NCBI GenBank assembly: GCA_963575745.1 | Contig: CAUYUJ010000003.1 | Coordinates: 744,001 to 808,000 of the forward strand | Source of the DNA: Prorocentrum cordatum | Lineage: Eukaryota | Direction of reading: 5' to 3' | Length of the DNA: 64,000 nucleotides | Shown: piece after piece, positions 38,456-51,564 of the stretch | How positions within the stretch are numbered: position 1 is the stretch's first letter | How the letters are laid out: every line of letters begins with the position of its first letter | The notes under the pieces: generated by a model | Seen by the model: only the letters and a program-made list of their open reading frames with translations | Databases searched by the model: none | Told to the model about the DNA's origin: nothing | Position numbers and translations under genes: made by a program

Positions 38456-40134
38456 GTTTTTTTTTTGTTGCCGTTTTTTTTTTTTTTTTTTTTTTGTTTA
38501 TAATATTTTTATTCTTATTATTATTATTATTCCTAAGGCTACTGACACACAAGGTCGAACAAAAAACAAAACAAATTTGCTCCCAACGTGGCTGCTTGAC
38601 AATTTCATAATGACGCCATGTCGTAACGGCGCGCCCGTGCCACCTAGCTGCGACGGCGCGTGCGGGAATGCTGTGCATGACCAGCGCAACTCAGTTCAAA
38701 GAGGCTTGGCCCTGAACGTTTGGGGACTGTAGTAAGCTTTCCTGGTTGAGGAAAGTCCCTATGTCTATGTGTCCTTCAATGCTGATGCAACACTAGGGTA
38801 CCGCCGACTAAGCAGTCGAATCCTTGCGTGGAAAAGACTGCGCAACAGTGCCAGCACCCCCGACCCTAGCATTATTATGTGCATACACAATAGAGTCGCA
38901 GAGGCAAGCACTAAGCAAGCACATTCTGGGGGGGAGGGGGCGAAGGAGGATCATAGAAAGCATCCAGGTAAAATCCTTGTGATAGTAAGCCCGAGGAAGG
39001 TCATCACCCAGCCAACGAAGAATGAGCTGACGGAAATCATCGCAATATTTGTAGTGCACCATGTCATCCACCGCCCCCCTGTTGATGTTCTCTTGGTCGT
39101 GGCAGGATTGGCACCGAAAGATGCATGACTTCGGGACATCGTGAAACCGAGCAGCAGTATTAACTCCACGACAGCAAACACGAAGCACACCAAACCAAAG
39201 TGCGGCGACGATTTCGCAATGACAGCCTTGACCTGTTGTACCAGAGTAGTGACCATGCCAGGAGTGGTCTGTGGGAGCCAGTTGTGAAGGCGCGTGTAAA
39301 TGTCGTCCAAGGGGGAGTCACCGGACCAGTGATGAACATACAGTTGTTTATAAAGCTTAGCTTGGAGGTGAACTGCATCAGCGGGTATGCCAATAACATC
39401 AGAAGGTTGTTGACGAGCCATGGAAAGAACTTGGGTGAGGAACGACCGCTGGAACCAGCAAGCTGGGTTGGTGTGTACATGTCGGAAAGGGATGCATTCG
39501 TCGTGCATGGTAGCGGCCTGGAGGTCCATTTGGGCTTGCCGAAGTTGGGGTACCTTCCTGAGTACCCGCAGCTGGGATGCTTTGGCCAAGGGATGTCCTT
39601 GTACTCCAATGTCATCCCGAGTAGCCTCATATTGGTAAGCATGCTATAGGAGAAGGCGTTCCTCGGGGCGGCAGGAAGAAGTTGCAGAGCAGCCTCATAA
39701 GCACGTTCAACGGCAGGGGAGACAGGAAGAAATTGAAGAAGAAATTGAAGTACTGAGACACACATCACTTGGAAGGTATGGACGATGATGGTATATCCAA
39801 GCCCCATGTTCCGAAGCTCGCGCACTCGTAGGGTGAATTTCTTCAGGGCCTTGTTCCATCCGGTGTCGCCGGCGGTGGGACCAATGACCATGCCCAAGTA
39901 TTTGACCGCAGTAACAATAATGACCCGCTCAAGACCATTACCGAGGGCGTCCAGGTGAGCCTGAACATCATGAAGGTCAACTTCACCACAGAGTAGGAGG
40001 TGGCATTTCCCGAAGTTTAACTTGAGGCCGCAGGCGCTGTCCAGGATGAGGAGGGCCGATCAGATGGTGCCAATGGACAAGAAAACGTCAGCCATGCCGA
40101 AGAGGCAGTCGTCCGCGTAAGCCAGTGGACGTTC
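38456..40134 (-). mobile_element. 5'-truncated L1/Tx1-like LINE with an (AAT)n/poly(A) tail and 15-bp TSD
   Basis: AYADD at about 40107-40121, GLKLNFGKC, KYLGMVIG, C-terminal C..C...DDMVHYKYC. T-rich tail at 38456-38531 on the + strand. Exact TSD GAGCCTGTTGGGGGC at 38441-38455 and 40135-40149. Confidence 0.92.
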
Positions 40135-40139
40135 GAGCC

Positions 40140-40480
40140 TGTTGGGGGCTTCTTGGGGGCCTCTTGGGTCCTCTTGTGGGCTTCTGGGGTCTTCTTGGGC
40201 TGTCTGGGCGCGTCGTAAAGTTCTTTGGGGGTTTTCTTGGGCCGTCTCGGCGCCATCTTGGGCCGTCTTGGGGTTTTCTTGGGCCGTTTGGGGGCCTCCT
40301 GGGGCACTCTCAAGAGTCTCTTGGGACCCTCTTGGCCCGTCCTGGGCCGTCTTGGGGCTCTTGTGAGCTGTCTGGGTGCCTCCTGGAGCGCTCTTGGGGG
40401 TCCCTTGGGACCCTCTTGGGGCGCTCTTGGGCGCTCTTGGGGCCCTCGGGGGCGTATTTTGGGCCTCCTTTGGGCCGTTC
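40140..40480. repeat. Degenerate 10-11 bp (CTCTTGGGGGC)n minisatellite; related tracts at about 15860-16110 (reverse) and 22015-22115
   Basis: Direct inspection. Confidence 0.8.
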
Positions 40481-40629
40481 GAAAGGTCTCCGGGAGCGAT
40501 TCCCAGACGACGTCGATTCGGAGTCCCCTCCCGTCCGTTTTGTCGAGGATGTCTCGAACGAAACGGCCATGTTTCAGAAACCTGACTGGACAAGAACGGG
40601 AAGTGCAGCTCTGTCCACGAAACTTGTCA

Positions 40630-43600
40630 GACCGCAGGCGAGGCGAGCTGGAAGAGGCCCGCGCTGCGGCGGAGGTGGCCCAGGCTGCTGAGCTGCCGCG
40701 CTCCGCGCGCATGTGCAGGGAGGCCAACGCTACGGGCAAGGCGGAGAAGCGCCTCGGCAGGGCCCGCAAGGCCCTCGAGGCCAAGCGGGAGGCGCGCGAG
40801 GAGCTCGTCGAGCAGCTCGCCGCCCTCGACGCCGAGCTGGAGGACAAGGAGGCTTTCCGCGGCTTGGAGGCCGAGAGCCAGGCAGCAGCGGAGGGCGAGC
40901 GGCTGCGCAAGGCAGCGGAGCTCCCCGAACGCAGCCATGTGCCTGGGCTCCTCACGCAGCTCCGAGGCCTGCAGGCAGCGCGTCGTGGCAACTTCGAGTG
41001 CGCGTGGTCGGAGATCGAGAAGCAGATGTCGGCAGTGGCGGCGCAGCTCGCTCTGGGCAGCGCACCGCCGTCGCGCGACTCCTGGGCGGAGAGCTGCCCC
41101 ATCGATGACGAGCTGGGCATCCGCAACGACGATGCTCCCCTCGCCTCAGCCGCAGACAAGACCAAGATCCGACGGGTTTGGCCAGCCCAGCCTGCGGCCA
41201 TGCGAGGCCAGGGCGAGCGGTTCAGGGCAGCCGCGGGGCCGTGGCCTTGCGTCTCGGAGGCGGCCAGGCGCCCCGTGTCAGACGCTGAGAGGGCTCCTGC
41301 GCGGCCTGCTCCTGCAGGCGAGGGCGGCGGCGGCAGTGCAGCGGGATCCGCAGCAGTGGGGCCGCCAGGCCTCTGACCTCGAGGTCGGCCAGGTGCGCTC
41401 CCTCCCAGGGCCGAGGTGCGGCTGCCAGGTGGGCCTGCCCCTCGGCCAGTCGGGCCCGCGAGGCGACAGCGCCCTGGCCGGCTGGGAGAGCACGACTGGG
41501 GTTGGCCAGGTGGCCCACCCCGCAGGGCAGAGGGGCTCGGGCCAGGTGGGCCCGCCCCGAGGCCAGCCAGACCCGCGAGGCAGCAGCGCCCTGGTCGGAA
41601 GCCGCAGCCCGAGGAGAGGCGGCCATGTGGGCCACCCCACAGGGCTGAGGGGATGCGGCCAGGAGGGCCCGCCCCGAGGACAGTCGGACCCGCGAGGCGA
41701 GTGGCCGACAGCGCGCAGCCCTGCATAAGCCCACTGGTGCGGCCAGGAACGCAGATGCGGCCACCTGGCGACCAGGAAGAGGGTAGGTGCGGTGGGATTC
41801 AGCCCCACGTCGTCGCAGCACCTACGCTCGGCGGTGGCCGGGAGGCGCAGCAGGGCGGGCCGAGCCAGCTGGCAGGAGGAGCACGGCGAGTGGCGGCTGC
41901 TGACGCCATCATCTGGGGCCGGGTGTGCGACCTCGACCCGACGGCGCAGGCGCCAACGGTCGCTTTCGCCGAGGCCCTCGCCAGCGGCCTCGTCGTGTTG
42001 GGCTGCAACGGCAGCGGATGGCGACGCTCCTTGGAGGTGCTGGAGGGCTACGCGCGCCTGGTTGGTGCCTGGCCGCACGTCGTGACCCTCCAGGAGACCA
42101 GGCTCCTGGCGACGAGCAAGATAGCATCCGCATTTGGCACCGCTGGAGCCCTGGGCCCTCATGGCTACATTGCACGGCCTTCCACCACACCGCCAAGGCC
42201 ACGGTGGGCACTGGGGCCAGCTGCACCTCGGGGGAGTCTCCGTCCTGGTGCGCAAGGATTTGACAGCGAGGGAGGTGCCTTGAACGGTGCCAGCAGGCCG
42301 CTCTCACCGATTGCTGGGAGTGGAGGTGATGATGCCGTCAGGCCTAGAGCTCATGGTCGCCTCGGCCTACTTCGAGCACATCATCGGGCCATGGGCAGGC
42401 AACCTCGATCTGCTGCGAGCGGTGGCACAGCTCACCATGGCAGCTGGGTGTACGCCGTGGCTGCTGCAGGCGGACTTCAACATGGAACCAGCGACCTTGC
42501 AGGAGCTCAGCTGGCCAGAATGTCACCGCGCAGTGGCCATCGCGCCTTGGGTCCCGACTTGCTTTGCGGCAAAGCAGGAGAAGACCTTTGACTGGTTCGT
42601 GGCGTCGCAGGACCTCGCGTACGCGGCGAGTACCTGTCGTCCTGCGCCAGGCCTGGCGCTTCACCCTCACACGTCTGTGGAGCTCACCCTCCAGGACCTG
42701 CGGCCAGACGCGTTGGTCCAGGTCCTGAAGAACCCTCGGCCTTTTCCGCATCGGGACATCAATGCCTGCGAGGCCCATGAAGATGCGAGGGTCGAGGTCT
42801 TCCGTCGAGTGGGCCGAGCGGGGAAGTGGCAGCGAGGTCCCCTCGAGTGGTGCTGGCAGCCAGGGGAGCGGCCTCGCAGCCTCGAGCTTGGCCTGCGGCA
42901 GTGGATGGCAGCAGCGGAAAGGGCGCTGATCGGTACCCACGACATCGACGAGCAGCAGTGAGGCCAGCACTGCGGCCGAGGAGGAGGGCCCGTCATGGTC
43001 CTCAAGCCGATGAGCGCCCTGACGAGACGCAGACACCGGGTGCTCCATGCCGCGGTCACTTACGAGCTGCGCTGCTTGAACGATCTTGCGCAGCAGCGGA
43101 TCAAGGCGGAGGTGGCGGAGAAGTACCATGCGTCGCACGAGGGATGGTACAGCACCGAAGCTCACAGGCGCTGCAAGCGCCTGGTCATCGAGCTGGAGGC
43201 TGCGGCCAGCAGCGGGCACGGCTTCGATATCGGTGGCGACTAGGAGGAGCTGATCCACGACCCGTGCGCGAAGGGCGTCGCCGAGGCAGTCATCGTGCTA
43301 CGTGGGCGGCTTGCAGCGGCTCATCGCCATGATGCCAGCAGGCCGCAGGCGGAGTGGAGGGAGTGGGCTGAGGTGGCGGTCCAGCGAGGCGGGCGTCTGG
43401 AGCACCGCTTCGCCCGCGCCACCGCCCCTCCTGCCGTCCATGATGACCCTGACTCTGGACGGCCGCTGGCAGGGACGGCCTCCTTGCTGCGGCTCAGGCA
43501 GGAGCGGCAGCGCCCATGGCTCCAGGACGGTTTCCTCGGCGGCAGGGGCGTCCAGACGTGGGGCGTGAGAGAAGCTGTCCTACCCCCCCTGTCACTGGAG

Positions 43601-46600
43601 GGCCTGACGCTGTCGCTACCCCCCCCAGTGCGGGCTGGGCGCGGACCAGTTCCACCCGCGCCAGATCCTCCTGCTGCCGACGGCGCTGCAGGAGTGGCTG
43701 CTGGACCTCATGCAGGAGTTTGAGGGCGCCCCCCTGCCAGGTCTGGTCGGCTGTTACCATGATGGCGTTCATTCCGAAGCCCTCAGGCGGCCTCAGGCCG
43801 ATCGCGCTGCTGCAGCGGATGCTTCGCTTGTGGGGCCGCCTGCGCCAGCCTGTGTGCAGCCAGGGGAGGAGCCCACAACTTCCTTTCTTTTGGGAACGCG
43901 GAGTCTGTGGATGTGAGCTTGCAGGCAGGACGCAGGACGCACAACACGGCCGCGTCACGCGCCCAAGGACAGGGGATGGCAACTGCGTCCCTGTTCGTCG
44001 ACATCGACATCTCGAAGTTCTACGAGAATGCGCGGCATGACGTGCTCTGGGAGGTGGCGGTGCAACATACTTTCAACCTGACGCTGTTGAGGGGGCTACT
44101 GGCCAGCTACCAGAGCCCGCGCTGTGTGGCCATGGCAGAGCTGTGCACGGTGGCGTTCACCACCAGCGGCGCGATCCTGGCCGGCTGCGCGTGCGCCACT
44201 GCACTGGCCAACTTGCCCATGCTGGGCCCGCCCCTGGCGATGACGGTTGGCCGCCCCCTCATCTGCCCCAGGAATGCGGTCGACGACGTGCCCCTGCAGG
44301 CCATCGGCACCGAGCGCCTGGCGGTGCAGCAGCTCAGCGAGGCGGGGGCCCAGCTGGTCTCCATGCTCATGGCGCAGCACCTGCCCGTCAACGCGGCCAA
44401 GACCCACCTTCTGGCCAGCACCCCAACAGTGGCGGGAGGGCTGAAGGAGAGGTGGCAGCTTCACGTCTGGTCCTTCAGCCAGGAGCTGCAGGCCAGGAAC
44501 TTCGGCATTGACGCCTGCATGGCGCGCAGAAGGGTTGCCGAGAGCGCGGCCAGGGCTCGGCAATCCCTCAGAAGTGGCCGCAGGATGCAGAGCATGAAGG
44601 CAGCGGGGGTTCGTGTCGACGCTGTCTTCGAGACTGGGCCCTCGTCCAGCTTCCTCTGGGGGAGGGCGGTCGTCGGCATCCCAGTCGGCGACCTGCGCAG
44701 CATGCGCATTGCTGCATGCAGGAGTGCGGGGCGCCTGCACAACGGTGAGCCCCTGGGGCCGCGGCTGTGCGCGGCGGAGGCGCTGCGTGGCAGGGATCTG
44801 GGCCCCGAGGCGGTGGCGGCGGGCAGGGCCGCGTCGATGGCGGCGGCAGTCCTGCAGAGCGGCGCTATCTCGCAGCCCACGTTTGTGGCGGAGGTGGACC
44901 GCGCGGCCACCCGCCAGCGTGCGGCGACGGCCCCTTATGCCCTCGGGTGCACTGCCGCTCGCCCGTCGACGCCCTCATTCTCACGCTCGGACGCATCGGC
45001 TGGGGCGTGCGCGGGACGGACCTGGTCGCGGACTTCGGAGGCGTCCTAGGCCTGACCTCTCTCGGGCCCAAGGACCTCATGACCGAGGCAGAGAAAGGAG
45101 CGCGGAGGGCCTCTGACAGGCGGGAACTTGGCCGCCTGGCCAATGGCGGGCGGCATTGCCACCTTCTCTTCTGGGACGCCATCTGCGAGCTGATCGGGCC
45201 CCGCGGCTCCCTCGGCCACAGAGAGAAGGCGGGCTTCGTTTCGGTCTTCACGAACGCCCGCTGGCCCCAGCAACGCCTCCTGGCGGCCAAGGAGCGCGAC
45301 CACGGGTGCTGCCTCCTCTGCGGTGCGGAGAGCGGCACGCTCTTCCATCGCCTGTTCGAGTGCCCAGCGCTGGAGGCGGCCGGGAGGGACAGCTGCTCCG
45401 TGCGTTTGAGGCGTTGTGCTCAGAGAGTGGGGCAGCTTGGGGAGGCGGCCGCGGAGGACGTCGCTGGCTGCTGGCTGCCTGCCCCCATGCTTCGCCTACC
45501 TGGTCTGGGCAGTGGCATGGAGAGTCGCTGGTTTCACACGCCTGATGATGGATTCCTGCGTGGGCGGCTGTTCCTGGACGGGTCGGCGCCCGAGCCGACA
45601 CACGCTGGTCGCGCCAAGCTGGATGGGCGATCTGACAGGTCAGCGAGGACGGCACCTTGGAGGCTGCCTCCTATGGCACGGTGAGGGCCGACCTGTGCCC
45701 GCAGCAGACGGCCAAGAACGCCGAGGACTTCGCCAGCTGGATGCTGACTGAGGTCGCGGGGTCTGGGCGGCACATCCTGCACGTCGATTGCGCATCCACG
45801 GTCCCTTGCCTGAGGCGAGGGCGCCGGTGCGCCACTGGCATTGGTCGACCTGGCACCCACCTCTGGAGCAGGTTCTTCGCTGTCTCTGGGCCCGAGGACT
45901 ACGAGGTTCGCAGAGTACCAGCTCACCTGGCGCGGGCGCAGGTGCAGAAGGGGCGTGTCTCAGAGCAGGAGTGGGGTGGCAACAGGTCTGCGGACATCTA
46001 CGCCAAGCTCGGGCCCTCGCTGCATGCTGTCCCGCGGGAGGTGCTGGTCCACTTCAAGGCTTTCGCGCCGATCGTGGCGGAGCTGGCGCGGCGGATCGCC
46101 CAGGTCTCCATCCTGGTGCAGCAGGGCGGCCTACGCAACGCGCAGGGCTTGCCTGAGGGGCTGGAGAGGAGGAGGCCTGTGGTGACGTTCGACGGCGACC
46201 CGAGCTTCCACCCTGCGGAGGTGGCCGTCCCTGGGTTGGCGCCCAAGCGTAAGCGCTCCATGGCTTGGGTGCGGGGCCGCTCATCGTGCTGGGCCACTGC
46301 CTGCGCTACGCTGTGGCCGACGGCGCGGACGATGGGCCCACGGCGGAGCGCCTGATCAGCTGCAGCCGCTGCGGCGCCTACGCTGGCATCGACGGAGGGC
46401 CCAAGCTGCATGAGGAGTGCTTGGGCTGCCCTCCCAAGGGGCCTAAGGGCAAGGGCGGTCGCGACCAGCTCAGCCTTTGGGATCGGGGGCTGCACCCAAG
46501 CGGCCGCAGAGGGAAGAAGAAAGCCGTCAGGATGCTGCGCCAGATGGGCGTCACCAGTGAGCTGAGGGGCGGCATCCTGGCCTGGTTCGGCGCGCTGCCC

Positions 46601-46900
46601 GAGGAGGCGGGACCCGCGGCGGCCGACGCGCCCGCTGGCCGCGAGGGGGACGGGGGAGGGACGGCCACCTCCCGCGCGTCGAGCTCGTCACCAGCGGGTG
46701 GGCTGCGGGCGGCCGCCCCCCCAGTGCGCCGTCCAGCGGCGGCAGCGGCTCCCATGGGGACGGCCGAGGCCGCCATCAGCCGCCCAGAGGCCATGCTAGC
46801 GGTCGGCCTGGACGAGAGCGGCCTGGCCGACTGGGCGCAGGAGGTCGCGGCGGCGGAGGAGCGCAAGCGGAGACGCCTCGTGGGCCCCCCGGAATGAGCT
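40630..46900 (+). mobile_element. Large decayed LINE: coiled-coil ORF1 (5' truncated), APE endonuclease, RT, CCHC finger, RNase H and C-terminal Cys/His domain
   Basis: EN: GCNGSGW...LQETRL, QADFNMEP, FDWFV...HPH. RT: FIPKPSGGLRPIALL, DISKFYE, ILAGC, NAVDD. CLLCG...TLFHRLFEC. RNase H: FLDGS, AED, HVDC, VPAH...GNRSADIYAK. LGH...CSRCGAY. Confidence 0.9.
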
Positions 46901-47059
46901 GAGGGGTGGAGAGCGTGTGGCGGCGGTTGGCCGCCCATGCGAGGACTCTGCGCTGCCTGCCTGTCGAGGCAGCAGCACTTCCAGCGGGCCTCCGCAGAGC
47001 CAAAAGGTCATGCGAGGCGCTGACGCGCCCCCTCCGCCCCCCAAGCGTGTGGCCCAGTG

Positions 47060-47250
47060 GGGCAGACCACAGCAATATAGCAGACCACCGCAGCACGGCA
47101 GACCACAGCAGCATAACAGACCACAGCAGCACGGCAGAAGACCAGCACGGCAGACCAGCACGGCAGACCACAGGAGCATAGCAAACCACGGCAGCACGGC
47201 ACACCAGCAGAGCAGACCAACACGGCAGACCAGCACGGCAGACCAGCACG
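47060..47250 (-). repeat. (AGCACGGCAGACCAC)n minisatellite, reverse complement of the family at 51-55 kb
   Basis: Direct inspection. Confidence 0.8.
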
Positions 47251-47299
47251 AGCTTCGTACGTACATAGATAGCATCGAAAACACCTCATCCGAAGCTGC

Positions 47300-50200
47300 A
47301 TTTGTTCGAGGATGTCTGCAGCGAGAGCCTCGTTTTGAAAAAAAACGAAGAATTCGCGAGCAACTTCAACACACCATTTTACTGAGGATATCTGCAGCCA
47401 GAGCCGCACTCTTTGGGAACATCGTCGCAGGGCGGATCCTCCCGCGTGCGCGGTGTGGGAGGATTTCTCAGGCGAAACGCTTGTTTTTGCAAAAGACAAT
47501 GCTGGTTAATTCGTAGTGTGGTGAGGATCTCCTGAGCGAAGTTGTCGTTCCCGGTCGCCTTGAAGGCGCTCTTGGGGTCAGATCGAGGCTAGTATTCGGC
47601 TCTTCGGGGCCGTCTCTATGCCATAAGCAATGATTCCCATGAGATGCTCGACACATATCTTTGTTGGGAATGCCCCGAGCGAAATCGTCAATTAAAGGCC
47701 GATGTCGGTCGTCTTGAAGCCTTTTCGAAAGCGATTACAAGACAATGTTAGACCAACCTATTTCAAAACGGTGATATCGCGTTTGTCATTTAATTGAACA
47801 TGCCCCTAGCATTTTCGGCAGTGCTCTTGGAGTCATGGTGGGGTCCTTTGGGTGATTGTTTGTCAGCTTGCAGCATTTCAAAAAACGATATCAAGACGAT
47901 GTTGAGGCCATACCGTTTTTTGAGGGCGTCCCCAACGAAAGGGGGCCTAGACTGCCGTGCTGGTCGTGTTGGTCTGCCGTGCTCCAAAGCATGCTCTTAA
48001 GATGCCCTTCGCGAAAACGTTGTTTGACCATAAGGGGAACTAAGCCACCCCTGTCGACGTCTTCCTTGTTCGAGGATGTCTCAGGCGAAACGCTCGTATC
48101 TACGCACATCGAAAATCATCGACCTTATCGTTTGGAGGATGTCTCATGCGAAACGCTCGATGTTGTGAAAGACGATGTTGCGAACATCTCAATTGTGTGA
48201 GGATGTCTCAGGCGAAATGCTCATGTGGGAAACCTTTCCTGACATGAACGGGCAGCGCGTGAAACCGAAAAGCGTGGCAAGAACATGCAACAGCATCGAG
48301 AGCGACTTTGGCATAGGCGCTCTTCCCGAGCATCCACAGGGGGTATCAGGTGGAGTTCACTACCCGCACAAATTCAGGCAGATGAGAGACACTCCGTATC
48401 CTGGCCATGATGCTCGGGGAAGGGGGTCCTGGAGCCCAGGTGCTCTTCGTCGTCGTCGTCGTCCTCCTCCTCCTTCTCCTCCTCATCCTCCAACCGAGTC
48501 AAGAAAAAATCGAGCCCGCCAAAAACAGTCACCAAACGCCTCGGGTGACTGTTTTGTTGCGGGCGCCTTTGTGGCCAACCGGGGAAAGCTGAACTCGCGC
48601 GGGGAGTGAACTCCACCTGCTCTGGGCGATGGAGGGGCGGATCCCCGCGGGTGGTCAGGACCAAGAACAGGTGGAGTTCACTTTCCGCTTGAGTTCAGCG
48701 ACACGCGCGAACTGACATGGGCAGCAAGCTCAACCTGGCACACCTCGCGGTCAATCGGGGAGGGCTGACCTCGAACTGGGAATGAACTTCACCTGCTGTG
48801 GCTGTAGTGCAGGCGCTTTCCCCGAACATCCACTGTGATATCAGTTGGAGTTTACGTCCGCGCAAGTTCAGGCGAAGCCCCAGAATGTTGAATAACACAA
48901 TAGTTCCTTCCATCTGTTCAAAGCCCAGCCCTACAGACCCTAACCCTACATACCCGAACCTGCATCGGCATGTCCAACATGACCTGATTGTTTCGAGGAC
49001 CCGTTCGAAGGCATGTGTAGGGGGATGTCTCGAGCGAAACGCTGATTTTTGAACGACAGTGTTGAAACCCATGTGTTTTTTCAATAATTTCGCTTATGGG
49101 GCCATCTTGGAGCGAATCCGAAAGCGCTCTGATTGGATGCCTGAAAAAAGCTCGTGGCGCATCCCATTGTTTCAAGGATGTCTCCAGCGAAGCTGCATTT
49201 TGAAGGTCCGAAAACTAGAACAACGATTTCAACACCCCCGGTTTCCGTCTCGGGCGAAGCGCTCAGTGTTAGTATGAGACGTCTTACGATAAGAGCACCC
49301 GCGAAACGCCCATTACTGAGAACCTTTACCGGCATGAACAGGAAGCGCGTGAAAGCGACGAGCTCTGCAAGAGCGTGCAACATCATCACTATAAAATGCT
49401 ATCGCATCTCAACACGATCCGCCTCCAGACCCCACAACCCCACTCAAGATCCCCTATGTCAGGTCGAGTTTAGTTTCCGCGCAAATTCAGAAACAACGCA
49501 CCTTCCACTGGCGCACCTTGGCAGTATGAATCTCCAGACCCCCTTATCTCACCACTCGCGTTCGCCTATGTCAGGTAGAATTTACTTTCCGCGCGAGTTC
49601 AGACGAAGCGCACCCCCCGCTGGCACATCTCGGCATTATCCGTCTCCAAACCCTCAGCCTCCCCACTCGCGCTCCCCAAGTCGGCTTTGCTACGCGCGCG
49701 AGTTCAGACGAGGCACACCCCCCGCTGGTGCATCTCGGCATTATCTGTGTCCAGGCCCCCCACCTCCCCACTCGCGCCCCCCCATGCGAGGTGGAATTTA
49801 CTTTCCGCGCGAGTTCAGACGAGGCGCGCCCCCCGTTGGCGCATCTCGGCATTATCCGCCTTTGGACCCTCAACCTCCCAACTCACGTTCCCACATGTCA
49901 GGTCGAGATTTCTTTCCGCACGAGCTCAGGCGAGGCGCATCTCCCGCTGGCGCATCTCAGCATTATCCGTCTCCAGACCCGCAACGTCCCCCACTCGCGT
50001 TCACCCATGTCAGGTCGAGTTTGCTTTCCTCGCGAGTTCAGACGAGGCGCACCTCCCGCTGGCGCATCTACGATGACGACGACGATGACGATGACGACGA
50101 CGACGACGACTGCGATGATGACGACGACGATGACGATGACGACGACAGTGACGACGACGACAATAACGAGGAGGAGGACGACGACAACGACGATGACGAT

Positions 50201-50760
50201 GATAATGACAACGACAACGGCAACAACAACGACGACGATGCAAGGTTGATGATGGATCGAGCAAACAATATACGTGCTAGCAAAATGGTTGGGTTGTTTT
50301 CCAATAGTTTGCCTCGTGGGCCGTCTTGGGGGTCCTCCAAAAAAACGCCTCCAATATATGTCGCAAGACAGCTTATGACACATCGCATTGTTTTGAGGAT
50401 GTCTCAGGCGGGAGCCTCGTTTTTGAGAATACGACTAATTCGCAAGCTCCCTGGGCATCTCCATTTTCAGAGGGTGTCTCGGGAGAGAGCTACATGTTTA
50501 ACATAAGAGGTCTAATCACAGCTCTTTCGGCACCTATGGGTTCGAGGATGTCTCAGGCGGAACACATAGTTTTGGAGATCGGCGACTTTCGCTAGAAATT
50601 TCAATATCTCCACTTCGCGAGGATGTCTGTAACGAGAGCATCAGTCGTAACAGAAAGAGCCCTACAATAGATCTTCCGAGATCTCCATGTTGTAAAGATG
50701 TCTCAGGCCAAATCACCATTCTGGATAACCTGGCCGGACAAGAACGGGAAGCGTCGCTTG
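47300..50760 (+). repeat. Clusters of the ~20-bp motif GAGGATGTCTCAGGCGAAA at 63-76 bp spacing with variable intervening sequence
   Basis: Copies at about 47308, 47384, 47459, 47523, 48072, 48135, 48199, 49021, 49175, 50395, 50470, 50544, 50619 and 50695. Confidence 0.8.
49440..50070. repeat. Tandem repeat, about 110 bp x 5-6 (CGCGAGTTCAGACGAGGCGCA...GGCGCATCTCGGCATTATC)
   Basis: CCACTCGCG-type anchor near 49551, 49662, 49769, 49880 and 49991. Confidence 0.85.
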
Positions 50761-51084
50761 TGTCCACTAGGTATGTGAAATATGCTCGCGTGTTGGTCTA
50801 CCGCGCAGATGTGTCGTGGCGTGCGTGCCTTTGCGCGTGCGCGTGCGTGCGTGGAGTCTGCGCATGTGTGTCTGTGCGTGGTGGTCTGCGGCACTGCTGT
50901 GTTATGCCGCGCTGCTATGCCGAGTTCTTGCGGTCTGCGTTAACGTATGTTGCCTTTCTCTGTGTGTGCGTGTGTGTGTGTGCGTGTGTGTAAGCGTCTA
51001 TGTGTGCGCGTGCGTGTGCGTGTGCGTGTGCCTGTGTGCGTGCGCCTATGTGCGTGTGAGTGTGGGTGCGGCTGTGCGAATAGG

Positions 51085-51564
51085 ATGTTCTGTGAGTTCT
51101 GCCGTGTTCCTGCGTGTTCTGCCGTGCTCCTGTGTGTTCTGCCGTGCCCCTGTGTATTATGCCATGGTCCTGCTCTGCCGTGCTCCTACGTGTTGTGTCA
51201 TGTTCCTGTGTGTTCTGCCGTGTTCCTGTGCGTTCTGCCGTGATGCTGCTTGCTCTGCCGTGCTCCTATGTGTTTTGTGTGTTCTGCCGCGCTCCTGTGT
51301 TTTGCCATGCTCCTGTGTGGTCTGCCGTGCTCCTGTGTACTCTGTGTGTTCTGCCGTGCTCCTCGAAATCCTGCGTGTTCTGCCGTGCTCATATGTGCGC
51401 TGCCGTGCTGCTGCGTGTTCTGCCGTCAATTCCGCCGTGCACCTGTGCGTTATGCCGTGCTCCTGTGTGTACTGCTGCGCCCCTGCATGTTCTGCCGCGC
51501 TCCTGCTTGTTCTGTCGTGTTCCTATGCGTGTTGTGTGTATGTTCTGCCGTGCTCATGCGTGTT
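51085..51564 (+). repeat. (GTGTTCTGCCGTGCTCCT)n minisatellite, resuming at 54586-54950 after the inserted retroelement
   Basis: Same unit on both sides of the insertion. Confidence 0.9.

Noticed and set aside
40017..41726. 569-aa minus-strand ORF
   Set aside because: Antisense shadow of LINE ORF1 plus minisatellite in very GC-rich DNA
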